Under the pieces are notes generated by a model. The model was given only the letters and a program-made list of their open reading frames with translations. It searched no databases and was not told where the DNA came from. The translations under genes and the position numbers were made by a program. From contig CM052837.1 in the NCBI GenBank assembly GCA_028534125.1, positions 29,140,001 to 29,204,000 on the forward strand: a DNA stretch of 64,000 bases, written 5' to 3'. Positions 48,691 through 61,191 of the stretch are shown one piece after another; within the stretch, counting starts at the first letter, position 1, and every line of letters starts with the position of its first letter. The stretch comes from Lama glama. Taxonomy: Eukaryota.

Positions 48691-49189
48691 GCCTCTCCAG
48701 CTGCCCAAGAGAGATATGGGCTCTGAAGGTGATGGGGACTCATCTGGGCCGGCCACCAGTTTCAGTCTCACTGATATCCCACCTCTAAGCTGCACAGGTG
48801 GGCCTGGATTTGCTGGGACTTCTCCGGCTTGTCCTCTTGGCAGTGTCTGGCCCCCTGGGCCACTCCTCACTCCTTGAGCACCATCTCTCTAGGCCTCCAG
48901 AGGCTGGTTTCTCTGGATCCCCTCTTTCTCCCTGCCTGCTTTTTCTCAGGCCTCACAAATGGCCCTTGAGTTGGGATAGAGGCCTCTCTTGCCTTCATCT
49001 GACCCCAGGCCCGGCAAGCTCAGCTGCACAGGGTCCGCTGCCCTTTACGAGGGTTCCCCTGTTCCTGTCAGTGTGTCCACTGGTGTCCTACAAGCCACAG
49101 GAACTGCCTGAGCTCAGCATCTTCCTCCTCCAGGGTCTCTGTCTTGCTTAGTTCCCAAATCAGAGATGTGGGTGTCACTTAACCCTGTG

Positions 49190-49915
49190 TCTTCCTTTGC
49201 TCAGAAAATGGCACTGCCACCAACTCAGGGGATCAGGCCTCAGACCCTGGAGTTATTTTCAACTCCACTCTCTCTAACCCCACATCCAGCCTGTCAACAA
49301 ATTCCATTGGCTTTACCTCCTGACTGTATCCAGAATCTGACCTGTTTCTCCCTCTTCTGCCTTCATCTGGTCCATTCTCCTCATTCCTGCCTCCCTGCTG
49401 CCACTATCACCAAAGGGATCCTGGTAGCACTTCAGCCAGCTGACCCACTGTCCTGCTTGAAGCCCACCCGGGGCCCCCACCTCCTTCCCTGCCCCACAGG
49501 CCCTGCAGGATTGGCCCCTGCAGCTGCCCCTGCTCCTTCTCTCCTGCCTCCCCTCTGGCCACACTGACTGCAGCTCCTTCTTAAACAACACACCAAGCTT
49601 TTCCCTTTTGCCCATGTCATTCACTTTGCCTGTAATGCTGTGCTTCTGGATCTTTCTGTGACCTCCTCTCCTTACTCAGGCCTCTGCTCCTCAGAGAGGC
49701 CTCCCAGGCCACCTCCTGCAGTAGTCCCTCTATCATTCTTGGTCCCCAGCCCTGATTTATTTTCCTGCTGAGCACTTGTCATCCTCTCTCTCTGTCTATT
49801 TATTTATTTGTTCAGTGTTTTGTGCCCACCCTGAACCCACCCTGAAGGTGAGCTCTAGAAGCGGGAACTATGTCTTATTCACATAGGGCCTGGCACACAG
49901 TAAGTGTATAAAACA
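49190..49915 (+). mobile_element. L2 LINE 3' fragment
   Basis: AAATGGCACTGCCACC...GTATCCAGAATCTGACC...GGGCCTGGCACACAGTAAGTG. Confidence 0.8.
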
Positions 49916-51039
49916 CCACGTCTGGCGACACTCTTGGCAGCTCCTCCCAGGGATGCAGCTGGTGGGGACATTGTCTGGGTGCCAAGGTAACTCTCGGCTG
50001 AGAGTTAATGGGCCCCTCCCAACCCAGGGGCACTGCCTGGAACTTTGGGCGGTGGGGGAGGGCCCCAGGAGGTGGGGAGAGGATCTCTGAGCCTCCATCT
50101 TGCCCAAAGCAAAGGGCAGCCGAGCCCAGCCACATCATGGAGCCTTCGGGAATCTGGGAGGTGACACTCGACAGGAATGGAATTCAGGAATTTTCAGTCC
50201 ACACTCAGCGCTCCCTTTGGGAACATCTTGTCTGATGGTTTTCATTTTTTCTTCTTTTTTCCAAGCTGTGGTGCCCATTGTTCAAAAGAAGATCCCAGTG
50301 CGGTGTCCCACATCACCCAAGGGCAAGCTCTAAATCTGGCCCATGAGGTGGAAATCGGCCACGGCCAAGTTCCCCTTGGGGATTCCACAGGAAGGACACA
50401 GCCCTCCCCAACCAAGACGGATGTACCATCTCCATAAATTCAGCCTGCGATCCCCCCAGCGTTGGGTTCCACCCATGGGGAGACCTGGCTTGTGTCTGGG
50501 GGCTGCAGTGTGGGAACAGGTCTGCGTTTGAGCAGACTCAGACTACGGGGGAACTGCTAACCCACATCTCCCCCTCCCAGCGTGTCCACCAGGCGATCAG
50601 TTGTTTTCTTTCTGAGACATTTTTATTTTTTGCTGAGCATGTGTAGTTGAATTCCTATTCAAGTGCCTAAGTTGTGACTGCCCTGAATATAACATAAGTA
50701 ATGCAGGGGTTGGGGGTGGGGTCTGTTCTGGTTGATGTCGGGGATGAGGGGTCTCCTGGCCTTGACGTCTTCTTCAAGGTGATCCCAAGGCTCATCTTTA
50801 GAATATCAGGCTCAGGGGAAGGCAGTCTGAAAGCCCATGATTGAGGTCCATCCCTTTGGTTTCCATCCAGGAAAGGAAGGCTCTAAGAGATGAGGGAGGC
50901 AGTGCTTTGGGGACCAGCTGGGGGCTGGCAGAAGCAGCCATTTTGGAGAGGGGGTCTGGCAGGGCAGGGGTGGGGCTGGGCTGAAGGCCAGAGCAGGATG
51001 TAGGAGAGGAGGTCTGGAGGGTGTGACTTGCCTGTTGCT

Positions 51040-51530
51040 CCATTCATTCTGCATCTATCACTCATTCATTCAACAAATATTAATGAAGCGCCTTCTACCC
51101 ATATGGAGCTCATAGCCCAGTGTAGGAGATAGATATTAACCAAACCACCCTCAGAAATGTCTATTTGTGACTGACAAGTATGAGGTGATTTGAGGGCCTA
51201 TAATGGGGCAGGAGAGTTGACATGGTTGGGGAGGTCAGGAAGCTGGAAGAGAACTGAGAGCTGGAGAGTAAGCAGAGGCCAAGTAGTTGGGAAAGGTAGG
51301 GACAAATGTTCTAGCAAGCGAGTATAGAATGTGCAAAGGCCCTGTGGTGGGACAGAGCAGAATCAGTAAGTGAATCTAAGAGACCTTGTAGCTAGAACTG
51401 TGAGGTGAGGGGTGAGTGGGGAGTGAGGAAGCTGAAGACTAGGCCGGAACGACTCCATGGGGACAGTAGCCTAGTCTTATGCTGAGGGCAGTGGCGAGCC
51501 TTGGGAGGGTCTGAGCAGGGAGACCATATC
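51040..51530 (-). mobile_element. L2 LINE 3' fragment
   Basis: CATTCATTCAACAAATATTAATGAAGCGCC...TGTGCAAAGGCCCTGTGGTGGGA. Confidence 0.82.
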
Positions 51531-52534
51531 ATGAGACACCTCTGCCCACCTCTACTTTCCTATCTGACTACCTATCGTGCCCTGGCTCGGCATCTTTCAT
51601 GAATTCTCTTGTTGAATCTCCATCACAGATCAACTCCTGAAGTTGCCAGGGGTTGAGCCCACTTGCCAGATGAGGAAACTGAGTCTCTGGATCATCTCAT
51701 GTCCCCACCCACTTCCTCCTACCCAGAGAAAAGAGGAACAGGGAACAGACACCCTATGGTCAGCTGGGAAGAGTCTGGGCTGGGAATGGGGAGGGTGGGG
51801 CCCATGGAGGTCTCTGCCCGGGATGGGCAGGGGCCCTGCTTCCGTTTAACCACAGTCCTGTGACATGTCCCAAAAGGGAAGCAAAGTTGGCCTCTCCTCA
51901 TCCCCTGTACCCTACGGAGGGGACTAGGGATGCCCTGGGGGAGGGCCGGGGCAGGAAGGAGGTCTCCCTCTCTCTCCCAAGGCTGTAAGGCTAGGTTCTT
52001 GGAGAACTTTGGGATCAGCTGAATCCAGCTGAGTGGCCTCAATCAAATCTGTCACCTTGGCTTCCTCTCCTGTAAATAAATGATCAGAACCTCTCCCCTG
52101 ACTATTCTGAGGGTTGGCACATAGTGGGGCCTCGCTGACTGGCTGGCCAGCAGTTGTTGGTTAAATGAGTTAAAGGTGTTTTTCTTCCTGAAAAAAATAT
52201 AGCCAATTAAACAAAGAACCCATGTATTTGACATTCAACAGATATTTATTGAGCACTGTTTTCCAGGCATTGTCCTGAATATTGGAGAGACAGCAATAAA
52301 TAAATGAGACACAAGTGCCTACAGGTGCCCCACCACCCTTCCTGGTCTGTGGCAGACATCACTAATTGATCATCTTCCCACTGAAATCAGAATTCTCTAC
52401 AGCACTGTGTACTATCTGGGGGCTGGCACTTAAGGGTGACCAATCTGTCACTCTCAGGGAGGGACAATGAATGGAGACTTGGAAGATCCCATTTGAGAGC
52501 CCCTTAGGTGATTTATGCTTTTTCTTCTCAGTCT

Positions 52535-53220
52535 ATTTCAACAAATGACTATTGAGCACCTACTGTGTGCCAGGTACTAGGGACACAGCAGTGACCAGGG
52601 TGGACACAATGCTTGCCCTTGTGAAGCTGGTGTCTGGTGAGGGAGATGGACAGACAAATAAACAAATAAGTAGATACTTCCAGACATGGATACTTACTAC
52701 AAAAACATAACTGGAGGGGTGTGGTAGAGGGTGACAGGGGACTGTGGGAGGAGGTGACATTTATTGAGACCTGACTGATGAGTTGCAGCTACTGGGAAAA
52801 TAAGGGGAAACAGCATTACAGGTGGAGGGAACAGCTAGGGCAAAAGCCTAGGGTAGGGAATCAGGTTGACTTACTTAAGGAATAGAAAGAAGCTGGTGTT
52901 CCTGGGGAGCATGAGTGATGGGGAGAGAAGTCAGAGATGGTATGGGAAGGGGAAGGGGAAGGGGCCAGATGTCCAGAGCTTGGAGGCCAGGGTTGGGCAT
53001 CTGGATTTTATCCTAAATGTGCTGGCCAGTCACTGGAGAGTTGAAGCAGAGGAGTGACTTGGTTGAGGTTATGTTTTTGATCCCTCCAGCTGCCATGTGG
53101 AAGGTTGTGTAGGGGACAAGGGTGAAGCAAGGAGACCAGGTTGGGAACAACTGCGGATGTCCAGGCGAGCGATGGTGACTTGGATCAGAGTGATGGCAGT
53201 GAATACAGGGCTAGATGGCC
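52535..53220 (-). mobile_element. L2 LINE 3' fragment
   Basis: ATTTCAACAAATGACTATTGAGCACCTACTGTGTGCCAGGTACT...GAAGCAAGGAGACCAGGTTGGGA. Confidence 0.87.
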
Positions 53221-54712
53221 AGGGCTGGCAGGAGGCCCAGGGCTCTGCATTTAGTTTCATTTTTCCTTTTTACACAATCCACCCCAGGGCTCTGGGTCAC
53301 TGGATTTTCCCTAGCACTGCTGGTAGAGCCCACAGCATGCTGGTGATAATGGTCTTTCCTCCTCCTGGCTCCCTCCCTGCCCTGCCCTGGATCTTAACCC
53401 CTCCTCTCCAAGGGCAAGCCTAGCCCCAGTTGCTCTGTTACTGTCTCCCCAGTGTCCAGATTTTGCCTGTGTCCCCTCCGCCACTATGCTATTCCAGAGA
53501 GGACCTTGGGAGTCTGGACAGACGGGGTAGATGTGTTAAAGGGTCCCTGATTATAGAGAAGTACCCAAAGATAGCTTGCCAGAAGGCAGTCTCTTTCTTG
53601 GGAAAGTTTTCCTCTGATCCAAACTGTTGCTGAAATGGGGCAGCAGACACACTCTCTTTACTTATTCAGGCATCAGATGCTGAGATTGGCAGTGGCTGGA
53701 GAGCTGTGTTAAGCAGGGTTCTGAGGCTGCAGCAGGGTTCCTAGGAGGGAGAATCATGATTGATAAGTAATGCCTGTTTTGGAGGCATTACTAATCAATG
53801 CCAGGGTGGAGGATGGAGTCATGTTGGCCTCATCTTTGTGTTTCCAGCATGTAGTAGGTCCTCAAGTTGGCTGTCTCCCATTGTGACCCTAAATCTTCAA
53901 GTCTAATAGATGCTGTTTGAAAACACCCTATGGACTTGATTTCCTTGTCTGTGTAATGGAGATGACGACTACAATACCTCACAGGGGCTGGAAACAGGCA
54001 CTCAGATTTGCGTTGTCCAAAGTCGTGCAGCTGGGAGATGGCAGAGCTGGGATTTGAACTCGGGGCCCCTGAGTCAGGAGGGCAGGCGGAACAGTTGGGT
54101 TTGGGAGAGGAAGATGCTCTCCGGATCTCCCTGTGACCCTGGACCCCACTTCTGCTTTCTGCCCAGTGTACTCAGCACACAGGAAGCCTGGCTGGGGCCT
54201 CCCCTGCCCATCCTGTCTGCAGCCGGGTGGACACGGGGTCCTGGCGTCACCCGCCGCCTCCCCGGGCCTCCCACTTCCTGTCTTGTGCAAGATGAGGCGT
54301 CCCCTGCATGGAATGGGCAGGCGGCTCTGGCGGATGGGTGGATGGGTAAGTGGGGGCCTCTCGGGCAGGGTCACTGCAGCAGTTACTGCTAGCAGGACTG
54401 GCCTAGCTCCCACCCCTTCCTCCTCCTCCTCCTCTGTTTCCCCAAAGCTCAGGCAGCCTTGAGCAAGAGGCTGGGGGACCCAGGAAATTTGGAGAGGCCA
54501 CTCAGACAACATCTTGTCCCAACAGAGCAGGCCTGGGCTTGGGATGTTATGGAGAGGGTCCCAAGCAACCATGACAGCTGTAAAAATAATGGCTTCCGTT
54601 TGTTGAGTGCCTATGACACAGGCACCATCTCATTGAGCGGCAAATATTTATATAAGCACCTACTACAGCTTGCATGTGCTGTTTTGAGCCCTTTATATCT
54701 AGTGTCCCCCCC

Positions 54713-55380
54713 TTTTTTATTGTAGTATAGTCAGTTTACAATGTATCAATTTCTGGTGTACAGCATGTGTTAGTCATATATATACATGCATATATTCCTT
54801 TACATATTCTTTTTCATTATAGGTTACTGCAAGATGTTGAATATAGTTCCCTGTGCTGTACAGTAGAAACTTGTTTATCTGTTTTATATATATATTAGTA
54901 TCTGCAAGTCTTGAATTCCCAATTTATCCCTTCCCACCCTCTTTCCCCCTGGTAACCATGTTTATTTTCTGTCTGATAAGTCTGTTTTTATTTTGTAAGT
55001 AAGTTCATTNNNNNNNNNNNNNNNNNNNNNNNNNNNNNNNNNNNNNNNNNNNNNNNNNNNNNNNNNNNNNNNNNNNNNNNNNNNNNNNNNNNNNNNNNNN
55101 NNNNNNNNNNNNNNNNNNNNNNNNNNNNNNNNNNNNNNNNNNNNNNNNNNNNNNNNNNNNNNNNNNNNNNNNNNNNNNNNNNNNNNNNNNNNNNNNNNNN
55201 NNNNNNNNNNNNNNNNNNNNNNNNNNNNNNNNNNNNNNNNNNNNNNNNNNNNNNNNNNNNNNNNNNNNNNNNNNNNNNNNNNNNNNNNNNNNNNNTTTTG
55301 AATTAGTATGATTGCTGGATCAAATGGTAAGTCTAATTTTAGTTTTTGAGGAATCTTCATACTGTTTTCCATAATGGCTG
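54713..55380 (-). mobile_element. Relatively young 5'-truncated L1 (3' UTR plus ORF2 C-terminus) inserted into a MIR
   Basis: TTTTATTGTAGTATAGTCAGTTTACAATG...TGAATATAGTTCCCTGTGCTGTACAGTAG; peptide MENSMKIPQKLKLDLPFDPAI matches L1 ORF2 (MENSMExPxKLKIELPYDPAI); MIR halves at ~54590-54700 and ~55385-55530. Confidence 0.88.
55010..55295. other. Assembly gap (286 N)
   Basis: Run of N inside the L1. Confidence 0.99.
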
Positions 55381-55744
55381 TCTAGTAACCTTGTGAGGTA
55401 GTTTTTTTGTTTTTTAATGATCTCTTTTTTCAGATGAGGAAACTGAGGCTGTGGGAGGTAGAAGGACTTGCCCACGATCAGGCAGCTCAGCTGCATCCCA
55501 CTAAAGGTCATTGTCTGTATCCTGGAGCCAGCACTGTTCTGGAAGTCGGGAGACCCAGAAGGGAGGTACATTTGGCCACTCTCTACCTGGGCAGCCCATG
55601 GCAGGTGGGTGGCCTCTGTGGGCCTCAGTTTTCCCACCTGTACCAGTTCTGGTTTCTCAGGCTTATGTTTGTTGATCAGAAATTATGGGGCAGTGCCAGG
55701 GTAGGCAGTGTAGGGGAGAGAGAGAACCAGAAGACACTTCTGGG

Positions 55745-56085
55745 ATGGCCACGGTACCAAGTAGTCACAGTGCCCACCTTGGAGGTCACACTTGTGGCCC
55801 CTATCCTGAATCTGTCTGCCTGAGGGCTTCCTCTGGCTGCAGGAATGTGGGGCAGAATTGTGAGACCCTCACCAACAGAGGTGGGAACTCGTGTGTAAAT
55901 ACCCAGGCTTCCTTGCTATGGGCTGGAGCAATGCTAAGACATGTTCTACTCCTTCTTCTACAGGTTCCCACGGAGGTGACCTACTCCCCTTCCTTGTTTC
56001 ACTTCCTCACTCTCTACTGATGTTTCCAGGATCTCCTCCCAAATACACGACTTGTACCCAAATCCTTGTCTTGGGTCACCTGTGC
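55745..56085 (+). mobile_element. LTR16-like ERVL solo LTR
   Basis: TGCCTGAGGGCTTCCTCTGGCTGCAGGA...GTAAATACCCAGGCTTCCT...CTCCCAAATACACGACTTGTACCCAAATCCTTGTCTTGGGTC. Confidence 0.7.
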
Positions 56086-56949
56086 CCACTTAAGCCAGCA
56101 GCTGTACCACTCTGAAGTTAAGAGCTCTAGAATCAGACAGATATGAGTTTGAATCCTGGTAGTGCCTTTGACCTTGCCTGTGACCTTGGGAACCTGCCCC
56201 CTCTCTCAGAACCTCAGTTCCTCCATCTATGAGACGGGAACTTAGGACTGGGAAACCAAGTGATGACAAGATGGATGGGGGAGTGTGAGGTGATGGGGAC
56301 CAAAGCAGAGTTCCCAGCTGCAGGGCCCACAGGTGATGCTGGGTGCCATCTCTGAAGGCCTCTGGGGTGGGATGAGCAGGAGCCAGGTGGCGAGGTAGGC
56401 AAGGGAAGAGGAAACAGGGAACAGCGTGGACAGAGTTGTGGAGGAAGATCTGGCTGTGAGTCCTCCTCAGCCCTTTTTGGCTGGCAGAGGGGGCAGATAG
56501 GTGGGAAGGACAGACAACGTTGTTCCAGTCTCTGCTTGCTGCTTTCTGGAATTCCAAGGACCTGGCAGAATGTTTAAGGCACAGCAAAGAACAGTGAGTT
56601 CGCTCACTGTTGGGTGAGAGACTGGGTAGGTCAAGGGGGCTGTATCTGCCGGGCTATCACCAGGGAGACAGCATCTCATCCCTGGGGTCACAGTTTCCAG
56701 GGCCATCTGTCCATGGGATCTCTTCCCTGATTCTGTTCTTGAGGCAGGGGTGTAGGGGACTAGGTGCCCCTCTTTTACCCTGGGGGAGGTCTCATGCCTG
56801 GAAGAACCCCTCTGTCCCCACCACAAACCTGGGGTCTACCTTGCTGCAGTGATGGCAACCCCAGCCACCTGGCTGCCCAGGCCCCAGACCTAGATTTTCC
56901 TCTCCCGCCCCGAAGGCTAGTCCACCAGTGAGCTTGTCCAAATGTCCAA

Positions 56950-57720
56950 GGGTCCATCTCCACTGCCAACCCTGGTCCAGCACTGCCTTCCCCTGTTGGG
57001 ACCTTTGAAGTTGCCTCCTCGTTGGTCTTCCTGCCTCCACTTTTGTCTCCTAAGCTGGAGGGATTCCCTTAGAACCCAAGACAGGTCCTGTCCCTCCTCT
57101 GCTCAGAACCCTCCATGGCTTCCACTGCACTCAGAGCAGAAGCGAAAGTCTTTCCAGCATCCCACAGTGCTCTGGGGGATCGCCCCCACCCCCTGCCACC
57201 TCCCAGCCCTCTCTAACTAACTCCACTCCCTCCTCGCATCCCAGCCCACCCTCTCTCTCCCATTTTCTGCTCAGCTGTAGCCACACTGACCTCCTCTCTG
57301 TGCTACAGACATGCCAACTAGGCTGCTGCCTCAGGGCCTTTGCACTCGCTCTTCCCTTTGGACTGGAGAATCCTCTTCCTTCAGTTCTCCCCATGGTGGT
57401 TTCTTCTCTGGAGTCAGGCCTCAGCTCCAAAGTCACTCCTCAGAGAGGCCCTCCCTGGCTAGCCCCTCATTTCTGTCACCTCATACTGTTTTATTTTCTT
57501 CCTAGAACTTATAGCTTTTCCTAGAAGTTTACCCTGCATGTTTATCCCATTTCTTGCCTGCCTTCTTCCATTGGAATGTCACCATCACTCAGGGAGGTAG
57601 TTTTGTCTGTAATGTTCATTGCTGTACACCCAGCCCCCTGCACAGTGCCTGTGCAGAGCAGGTGCCCAGTAGACACCTGTGAATGAATGGATGAATGAAT
57701 AAATGAATGAATGAATAGTT
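56950..57720 (+). mobile_element. L2 LINE 3' fragment
   Basis: CCTCTGCTCAGAACCCTCCATGGCT...CTCAGGGCCTTTGCACT...CACAGTGCCTG...(GAAT)n tail. Confidence 0.88.
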
Positions 57721-58850
57721 CTTTGACAAATGATTGAGCTGAGTCCAGAGAAAGCCCCAGGGGACTTGCAGTCCAGTGTTCTTTCTTCTGACTCACCTTG
57801 GTCTCTGGAGCAATTTGTTGCCAGTGCAGCCACAAAGAAGGACTGCCAAGTTTGGGGTCCTGGGTGCAAATTTCAGCTCCTTCATGTCTTGTCCTCTGGA
57901 ACTGTAGGCAAGTCAATTTCCTCATCCACAAGGCTGGTCACATAGAGGTCCCAGCAGCATGGGACTGAGGTGTCAACAGGATGGGATGGTGTGTGGTGAG
58001 GGCCTAGCACATGATAGGTGCTCAGTAAATAGAAGTGAGGTTGGCTGTGGGGGAGGCTCTGGTTTGGGTCCCCTCCCCCTCTGCTCCAGGGCCTGTAATT
58101 ACCACTTACCCTGGTCAGTGGGCTTGAGAGATTCCATGTGTGGGCAGAGCTGTGGCCAGGGTGCTCACCCGGCTCCCCTACCTCGGCAGGTCCCACGGGC
58201 ACTGTGTGGCCCAAGCCTCGTGGCTGATATTCCAGGCACATTTCCCAGCCCTAGGGCTGCCACTGGCCAGTACAGGCTGGGGGCTGGGGTCATAGGCTTC
58301 AGGCTGGACAAACCAGTCAGCCTCTTAGGCTGAGCCTCCTTCTCTGCCAACTTCTTGTTGGCCCTTGAGGCCCAGAGGGGCCTCCAAGTCCTTCCTTCTG
58401 CCTCCACTGCCACCATCACCACTTATCCACACTGGCGCAGAGGCCTCCATCCTAGCCCTCCAGAAATTCTGTCTCCACAGTCAGCTGGAGGGGTCCTGTG
58501 AAACTGTTAACATCCACTCATGTTACTCAGATCCTGAGTCGTATTCCCAGGGCTCTGAGAATCAACCTCGTTCTTCCCTTGGCTGACAAAGACCTGGTAT
58601 CAGAGGGACCTCCTCTCCCTCACCCTCTTCCTCAGTCACTGAAACCAACCACCCCCTCCATGTCTCTGAAATGACCTCAGGACCAAAATGCTGCCTCAGG
58701 GCCTTTGCACTGGCTGTCCCTCTGTCTGGATCACTCTTACCCCAAGTGTTCATAGGCTCTGTCCCAACCTCCCCTTCCCATGTAATATTTCATGTCCCCT
58801 TCCCTGTTTTATGTTCGCCTGGGGTGCTCATCACCTGACACACTGTGGAT

Positions 58851-58982
58851 NNNNNNNNNNNNNNNNNNNNNNNNNNNNNNNNNNNNNNNNNNNNNNNNNN
58901 NNNNNNNNNNNNNNNNNNNNNNNNNNNNNNNNNNNNNNNNNNNNNNNNNNNNNNNNNNNNNNNNNNNNNNNNNNNNNNNNNN
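58851..58982. other. Assembly gap (132 N)
   Basis: Run of N. Confidence 0.99.
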
Positions 58983-59574
58983 TGTTGGCAGATAAAGACA
59001 CTAAGATTCCTGGAGGTAGGTAACCAGCACAAGGCCACACAGACCAAGATTAAGCCAGGAGAAGAACCCAGGTTCGTCAGATCCTGGAGTCAGTATCTTG
59101 GAAACTGCTTCAGGAGAATAACGGATGGGAATGAGACCGTAATGGTGGACTCTGATGATTCTGCTGCCCCACCAGCCCCAGGTCAGGTAGTACTTGGGCC
59201 GGTCCAGGAGTTCCAGCCTGCTGCCTGGGCATTCCAGGCTCCAACCCAGGTTCTGAGCTTTCTATTTTGAGCCTCCTAGTCCTGAGGACTGTGTGTTCCC
59301 AGCAGGCGGCGTGGGCCAGAGGCTGAGCCTGGGTGTGGCTGTCACCCTATCTGGGACCTTGTGGTGGCGGGAGCTGGAGCTGGGGCTCTGCCAGGGAGCC
59401 CAAGGACCCAGATTCCTGAGTCTTTAACTTGTTGGCTGCTGAGGCCTCTTGACGCAAGTCTTGTTCTCTGCCTGACTGTCCCCCATTCAAGCCCCTGCCC
59501 TGGTATCTTGCAGGGGTGGTATTGACTCATCCTTCCTTGGATTAAACCCCTCTGTTTGTCCCTAGGACTTAAGG

Positions 59575-59765
59575 GCCCATTTCAATTCTGGCTCTGCCCC
59601 TTTATAGCTGTGTGACCTTGGGCAAGTCACTTCACCTCTCTGAGCCTATTTACTTATCTTGGAAATGGGGGCAATAAGAGTACCTATCTCCTGGGATTGC
59701 TGAGCAGATTCAGTGTGATAAAATTGATGAAAGTGCTTTGCACTCAGGAAGTACTCAATAGCTGG
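59575..59765 (+). mobile_element. MIR SINE
   Basis: TAGCTGTGTGACCTTGGGCAAGTCACTTCACCTCTCTGAGCCT. Confidence 0.9.
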
Positions 59766-60399
59766 CCTTCCTCAAGGCGGAGGCATTTTTTCCCCACGTA
59801 TCCTGAGTTATTTTTCCCGTTGCTTTTTTCCCTCCTGGTACTTTTTTTTATTAATTTGCTTGTTGCTTGACTATCTCCCCATCTAGAACATCAGCTCCAC
59901 TGGGGCAGGAACTTTTGTTTGCCTTCTTCATTGCTGTGTACCCTGTGTCCCGCACAGTACCTGGCAAACAGTAGGTGCTCAATAAATGTTAAAAGAATGA
60001 ATAAATGAATAATGACCATCAGGGAACGCAAGTCCTGAGCTCTGAAAGTGTGTCCTCACTCTGCTCCCCTGGCCCAGGGAGTGGGGCATCCAGAGTCCTC
60101 AAGTACTTGTTGGTACCAGAGGCCCTGCTCCATCTGACCCAGCAGCCAATGAGGCCATCAGAGTCAGTTACCTTCATTTTACAGATGGGGAGAATAAGGC
60201 TCAGAAAGGGGGACTCATATGTCTAATGCCACACAGTGGTCAGTGCCCAAGCCAGGATTCCAAACCAGGACTGTGTGTGGGATGGACCATTTTTTCTCTG
60301 GAAGGAGTTGTTGGTGGTGGAGAGCATGGTGAGGCTGAGAGGGGGTCCCAGGGAGGGAGGGAGGGAAGGATGGGGAATGAGTCATTCCTCTTGAATTCC

Positions 60400-60500
60400 A
60401 TCTCTCTTTGTGTCTCTCTGTTTCTCTTTTTGTCTCTCTAGATCCTTTCTGTCTCTGTCTTTGTCCTGTCTGTCTCTGTCTCTTTGTCTCTTTCCCTCTC
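60400..60500. repeat. (TC/TG)-rich simple repeat
   Basis: tctctctttgtgtctctctgtttctc...ctgtctgtctctgtctc. Confidence 0.78.
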
Positions 60501-60969
60501 TTATGCATCTGATCTGCCAAGGAGTGGGTGCAGGCAGCAGACTCCTGGTGTGGGGAGGATTGAGTTGAGGATCTAGAGCCAGATCCTGCTCCGGGCCCAG
60601 TGTGGGCCCCAGGGTCTTGGTCTCAGTCTCCAAATTTCATAGTACAGAGAGCCCCAGGCTCTGTTTCAGAAGACCTGGATTGGAATCCCAACTTTGCCAT
60701 ATCCCAGCTCCATGGTCTTGATCACTTAGCCTCAGTTTCTGTAAACTGGGACCACTGACAGCCCTATCTCATAGGGTTTTATAAGGATAGATGATGCGAG
60801 GGCTATTCCTGAAGCCCCGAGTAACAAGGGAAGCATTCAATAAATAGCTAATTGTAATGATTTTATTTTAGGAGGTGGAGAAAGTGAGACTGAGACTCAT
60901 TTCACTCATTCATCAAATATTATTGAACACCTACTATGTGCCAGGTGCTCTGATTTACATTCATTGACC

Positions 60970-61191
60970 CAAGGGTTGGCAAATGACCACTCTCGGGTCA
61001 AATCTGCCCACAGCTTGTTTTTGTAAATAAACTTTTATTGGCATACAGCATGCCCATTCATTTACTTATCATCTATAACTGCCTTCACCCTACAACTACG
61101 GTGCTGAGTAGTTGTGAGAGAGACCATACTACCCCCAAAGGTGAAAATATTTACCATCTGATTCTTTATGGAAAAAGTTTGCTAATCTCTG
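60970..61191 (+). mobile_element. MER58A hAT-Charlie element, near full length
   Basis: Terminal inverted repeats CAAGGGTTGGCAAA / TTTGCTAATCTCTG; internal TTTTGTAAATAAACTTTTATTGG; degenerate 8-bp TSD CATTGACC (60962-60969) / GATTAACC (61192-61199). Confidence 0.88.

Noticed and set aside
54962-55372. L1 ORF2-like ORF as a coding gene
   Set aside because: Only a short C-terminal remnant of a 5'-truncated L1; the apparent ORF length comes from the N gap
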